DNA of 63,829 nucleotides, filler included, from Octopus bimaculoides (lineage: Eukaryota): the NCBI RefSeq assembly GCF_001194135.2. It is 4 parts of 4 records of this genome, joined end to end, with 100 filler letters (N's around TTAATTAATTAA, not from the genome) between each part and the next. Parts side by side here need not be neighbours in the genome. Positions count along the whole stretch, not along the records: positions 53,834 to 63,829 come from NC_068984.1; 3 more parts are not named here. One strand, 5' to 3'. A program made the translations under genes and the position numbers. Numbering within the stretch: the stretch's first letter is position 1; each line of letters begins with the position of its first letter. Positions 60,040 to 63,829 of the stretch are shown piece by piece. The notes beneath the pieces are model-generated. The model was given only the letters and a program-made list of their open reading frames with translations. It was not told the origin of the DNA and made no database searches.

Positions 60040-61640
60040 AGTGTGTTAAGGCCAAGTCAGATTGAGAGAATCCATCCTAATCTGTTGAGTATGGACAGGA
60101 AACATCGATGTAAGGATAAAGTAGATGTTTTGCAAGCAACTTGCACATGCAAGTACTATCAGTCGAGAACTTCGCATACCCAAAGCCAGCAAGTGTATGA
60201 GGTCATCAGGAGAGAATGCGTGCCATTTTGGGGCCTACCTCTCAATGACATCAATGCACACCAGCCCCCCTCACTGCTATGAAGTCCCGCTTGCTAGGAT
60301 CAACTGGTTATTAAATAAAGCTCAATATTATTCTAGCCATTGCTCATCGTCTCTTTTTAACCAAATTCAGTGGCTAGCCTTTTCCACTGTAGTTTGGATA
60401 TCAGTCATGGTAGTATTTTCTTTATGATGAGTTAGGCCTAACAATAACAACAGTTGTCTCATACTATGTCCAACAGACCCTTTACATCTAACTTTGATTA
60501 GAAAATGCTCCACTTTCCAGTCTGTGTCTTCATATTCCTCAAGGAGGTTTACATAATGGTCAATCTGTCGAGCTCGAGCGGCATCCATGTTATCTTCATG
60601 AGGAACCGTTAACTCGTCGAGATTCACAACTTTCTTTCCTTCACACAACATTAAAATGTCTGGGTCTTTTGTAACTGAGATGGGAAAGAGTCCCTGGCAC
60701 CCTGATAAATCTGCAGTCTGTTGTTCTTGAAACAGATCTGCTGTCCTGAGTGCAAGAAGGTAATGAAATCTCTAATTGGTACTTTCAACAGTTTTTTTTT
60801 CACTTTGTTGAGATCAATTTGGTTTTTTATAGCATCGAAGATAACCTTAAGGACCAGATTGTGTCTCCATGTATACCTGTTCAATGCTAGTGAACAGCTG
60901 GAAAGAATATGTTTCAGTGTTCCAACCTTTCTGCATTTGCACATATTATTCTCTGAGACGTTCATATTATTCTCTGTACGGATCCTCCTGCTTGGTCCAC
61001 ACTTTCTTTTCCCTAATCAGATACTCTCTTTCACCCCAAATAATTCCTTTCCTGTATCATAAATTCAGCTTGTTAACTTTCCCAGTTTCTCCACTGTAGA
61101 GCATGTCATTTTATAAAGAGCTCAACATACCTTGTTTTCAAAATTTTTATACTTTCCTTTCTCATTAGCAGCAGGCCACAAAACCCTCGGTTTCCTCTGA
61201 GTGCTATCTGATGCACCAGTGTGTGCATAACCTGCAGTTTCCTGCCTGGAAGAGGTCTTTGCTGTAGCATTTATCGATTGGCTGTGGTTTGAGTCTGGGG
61301 ATGATTTGCCATGTGTTTTATGATCAGATGATCCATGCTGCTCTGCCCTCTTCTTATAGGTCTTTCCCTTATGTATCTTCAAACCTCTCTTGGTTGCAAA
61401 GGTCCTACAGCACAGCTTGCATCCAAAGTTGTTTGCACTTTGTTCGCTGTTTGAATGAATAGCTGTATTTGTGTCCAAGGTCATTTCTGTGTTAACTGGT
61501 TTTGATTGATTTCGACTCCCCACTCTTGGTCAATCATGGGGCTGTCATTCTCATTGATATCTGTTACAACATATCACAAAGTCCACAGCCTCTGCCAGTC
61601 TTTCTTGGTGTTGATAGTCTTTCCCACCAGGAATAAAATG
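60040..61640 (-). mobile_element. Hero-like (RLE) non-LTR retrotransposon with the RT region deleted
   Basis: N-terminal finger CKLCCRTFATKRGLKIH and RKPRVLWPAA; CCHC-like C.C.K.GTLKHILSSCSLAL.RYTWRHNLVL; RLE ELTVPHEDNM..A..RQ..HY..L...W.V..F...V.CKG.VG.S; no RT motifs in between. Confidence 0.75.
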
Positions 61641-62146
61641 AAATGAAATGGTTTATCTGGAAATTGAACCTTCATTATAGGCTTAGCTTATGGGTAGCTT
61701 AATAGTACTCAATGTTGCTTGCGTGACCTAATGAAATATTTGTCACTTTCACAGCACTGGCACTGCTAATAGTGATAATTCTACTTTGCAGTACTTTCTT
61801 GACAGCTTGAAGGTTAGGTCTGTTGTAGGTTAAGTACTTTGTCCATAGAAATAATGTAGGCCCTAAAGCCAGGATATAAATTGTAGACTCTTTGTTGCTG
61901 TATGTCCCTTCCCTGCTCATCATTTTCTTGATTTAATCAAGCTTCATTCTGTATGAATATACTTACTATAAAGGCATTATGTAATACAACCAGCTAGATT
62001 TGAACACATGATACTTGTGTTAGCAGCCAACGCCTGTAATCACTGTAGCACTGTAATTCTGATACTAATACCAATTATGTTGCAAAAAGAAAGAAAAATA
62101 AAAGAATGGAAAGAAAAGCCATTGTAAACTGCCTGTATTTAAGTTC

Positions 62147-62169
<23 letters not shown>

Positions 62170-62189
<20 letters not shown>

Positions 62190-62360
62190 CCACTACACTC
62201 TCTGAGTGGTTGGCGTTAGGAAGGGCATCCAGCTGTAGAAACTCTGCCAAATCAGACTGGAGCCTGGTGTTGCCATCCGGTTTCACCAGTCCTCAGTCAA
62301 ATCGTCCAACCCATGCTAGCATGGAAAGCGGACGTTAAACGATGATGATGATGATGATGA

Positions 62361-62365
<5 letters not shown>
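62170..62365 (+). mobile_element. RTE LINE 3' end, young, (GAT)n tail
   Basis: ggcgttaggaagggcatccagctgtagaaac...catgctagcatggaaagcggacgttaaacgatgatgat. Confidence 0.85.
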
Positions 62366-62401
<36 letters not shown>

Positions 62402-62915
62402 GATCATCATCATTTGTATTGTGGTTTCATAATGCATTGCACACTAAATCACTTGTGGTTGGGGGTAAGCTAGTTATGTCAGTGGCCTGTCTGAATATAG
62501 TTTGTGTATGAAGGTTCAGCTTTTGTCTGTATCTTTCTTTTTCTATTTTCACTGCTTAACTAATCAGTCAGACTTAATTTCATTAGTCTTCTTTGGCTAG
62601 TAGCCTAGCTTAGCCAGAGGAAAGAAGAAAGAATGAAGTAGGATTTTTGTAAAGCTTTCATGAGTGTGTGTTTTATATGTATTTTGCGTGTGTTAAAGAA
62701 TATATATCACTGAACTATACACATTAAACATGCATAAAATACATATATAACACACATATGTAATTGCATACAAATGTGTGCTCAGTACATCTGTGTTAGT
62801 ATAATGTATATGAAATAACATACATATATGGATCTAAACATATGAACAACTTGTATTAGTGTAAAAGTAATGTTGCTATTTATTATTAATGCGTGCACAC
62901 ACACACACTCACTCA

Positions 62916-62963
<48 letters not shown>

Positions 62964-62973
62964 NNNNNNNNNN

Positions 62974-63035
<62 letters not shown>

Positions 63036-63296
63036 GTTTTAAACATGTTCACTTGCTCAAACATGCATGTATTGTCTATATTGTCTACTCTTTTAAAATT
63101 TGCCCTGAGCCTGAATAAAAATATATGTATTTCACAAGCAAGAAACTTTTAGTGATTGCATCACAGATTTAAAATGAAGTTTATCAGCAAATATATATAT
63201 ATATGTATGCATATATATGCACACACACACATGCATACATACATATATATATATATATATATGCATATATATGCACACACATACATAGATACATAC

Positions 63297-63334
<38 letters not shown>

Positions 63335-63342
<8 letters not shown>

Positions 63343-63500
63343 AGAAGTGACTGTGCAGTAAGAAGCTTGCTTCCCAACTGCATGGTTCCAGGTTCAGTCT
63401 CACTGTGTGGCACCTTGGGCAGATGTCTTCTACTATAGGCTCGGGCTGACCGAAGCCTTGTGAGTAGATTTGGTAGGAAATTGAAAGAAGCTTGTTGTGT
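63335..63500 (+). mobile_element. SINE family B head
   Basis: gcagaagtgactgtgcagtaagaagcttgcttccc...ggcaccttgggcagatgtcttctactatag. Confidence 0.8.
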
Positions 63501-63506
63501 ATATAT

Positions 63507-63829
63507 CTATATATATATATATATAAATGAGAATGTGTGTCTGTCTGTCTGTCTGTCTGTGTGAATCCCTAAAACTCGAGAACTACGCAACCAATTTCAT
63601 TCAAATTTTACACATGCCTTACTTAGGGTTCCAGTTGTGTTTTAGTCAAAAAAGATTATTAACTTCTTGCAGAGTTCGAGCACACGGCAACATAATATCT
63701 CCTCCACTATTTAAGTATTACGTGTCAAAAGTGAAACAAAAACACTCATGTCAAATACTTTCACTTTAAAAATGAAACTATTCCACTAACTGAAACAATC
63801 ACATTTCGATACTGTAGTGACAGATACTT
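63507..63829 (+). mobile_element. Non-autonomous Helitron 5' portion (continues past the window end)
   Basis: A|TCTATATATATATATATATAAATGAGAATG start, (CTGT)n, caaccaatttcattcaaattttacac. Confidence 0.6.

Overview
Eukaryotic draft-assembly DNA with many N gaps, not a prokaryotic locus. The AT-rich background, dense (AAT)n/(TA)n/(CA)n/(TACA)n microsatellites and tRNA-derived SINE families point to a coleoid cephalopod, most likely Octopus (inference from repeat content). Two protein-coding units lie on the + strand. (1) A >=5.2-kb exon (ATG 14645, open into the gap at 19820) encodes four AT-hooks plus about seven C2H2-type zinc fingers. (2) Four small exons (26092-26200, 27463-27540, 28462-28534, 29450-29593) splice in frame into a protein resembling the kinetochore subunit CENP-Q. 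Its first exon is not securely identified, so fusion with the zinc-finger exon cannot be excluded. The rest is a transposable-element graveyard: Dong/R4, RTE, Hero, CRE-like and Penelope-like retroelements, two Gypsy remnants, mariner/pogo/Tc1/hAT/piggyBac/Helitron-type DNA elements, and at least four SINE families (called A-D here). The most unusual non-coding signal is a recurring set of hammerhead-ribozyme (HHR) motifs: one near-intact, one in the tail of a tRNA-headed SINE-like element, and several inside long fold-back palindromes. All family assignments come from motif recognition by eye; no database search was run.
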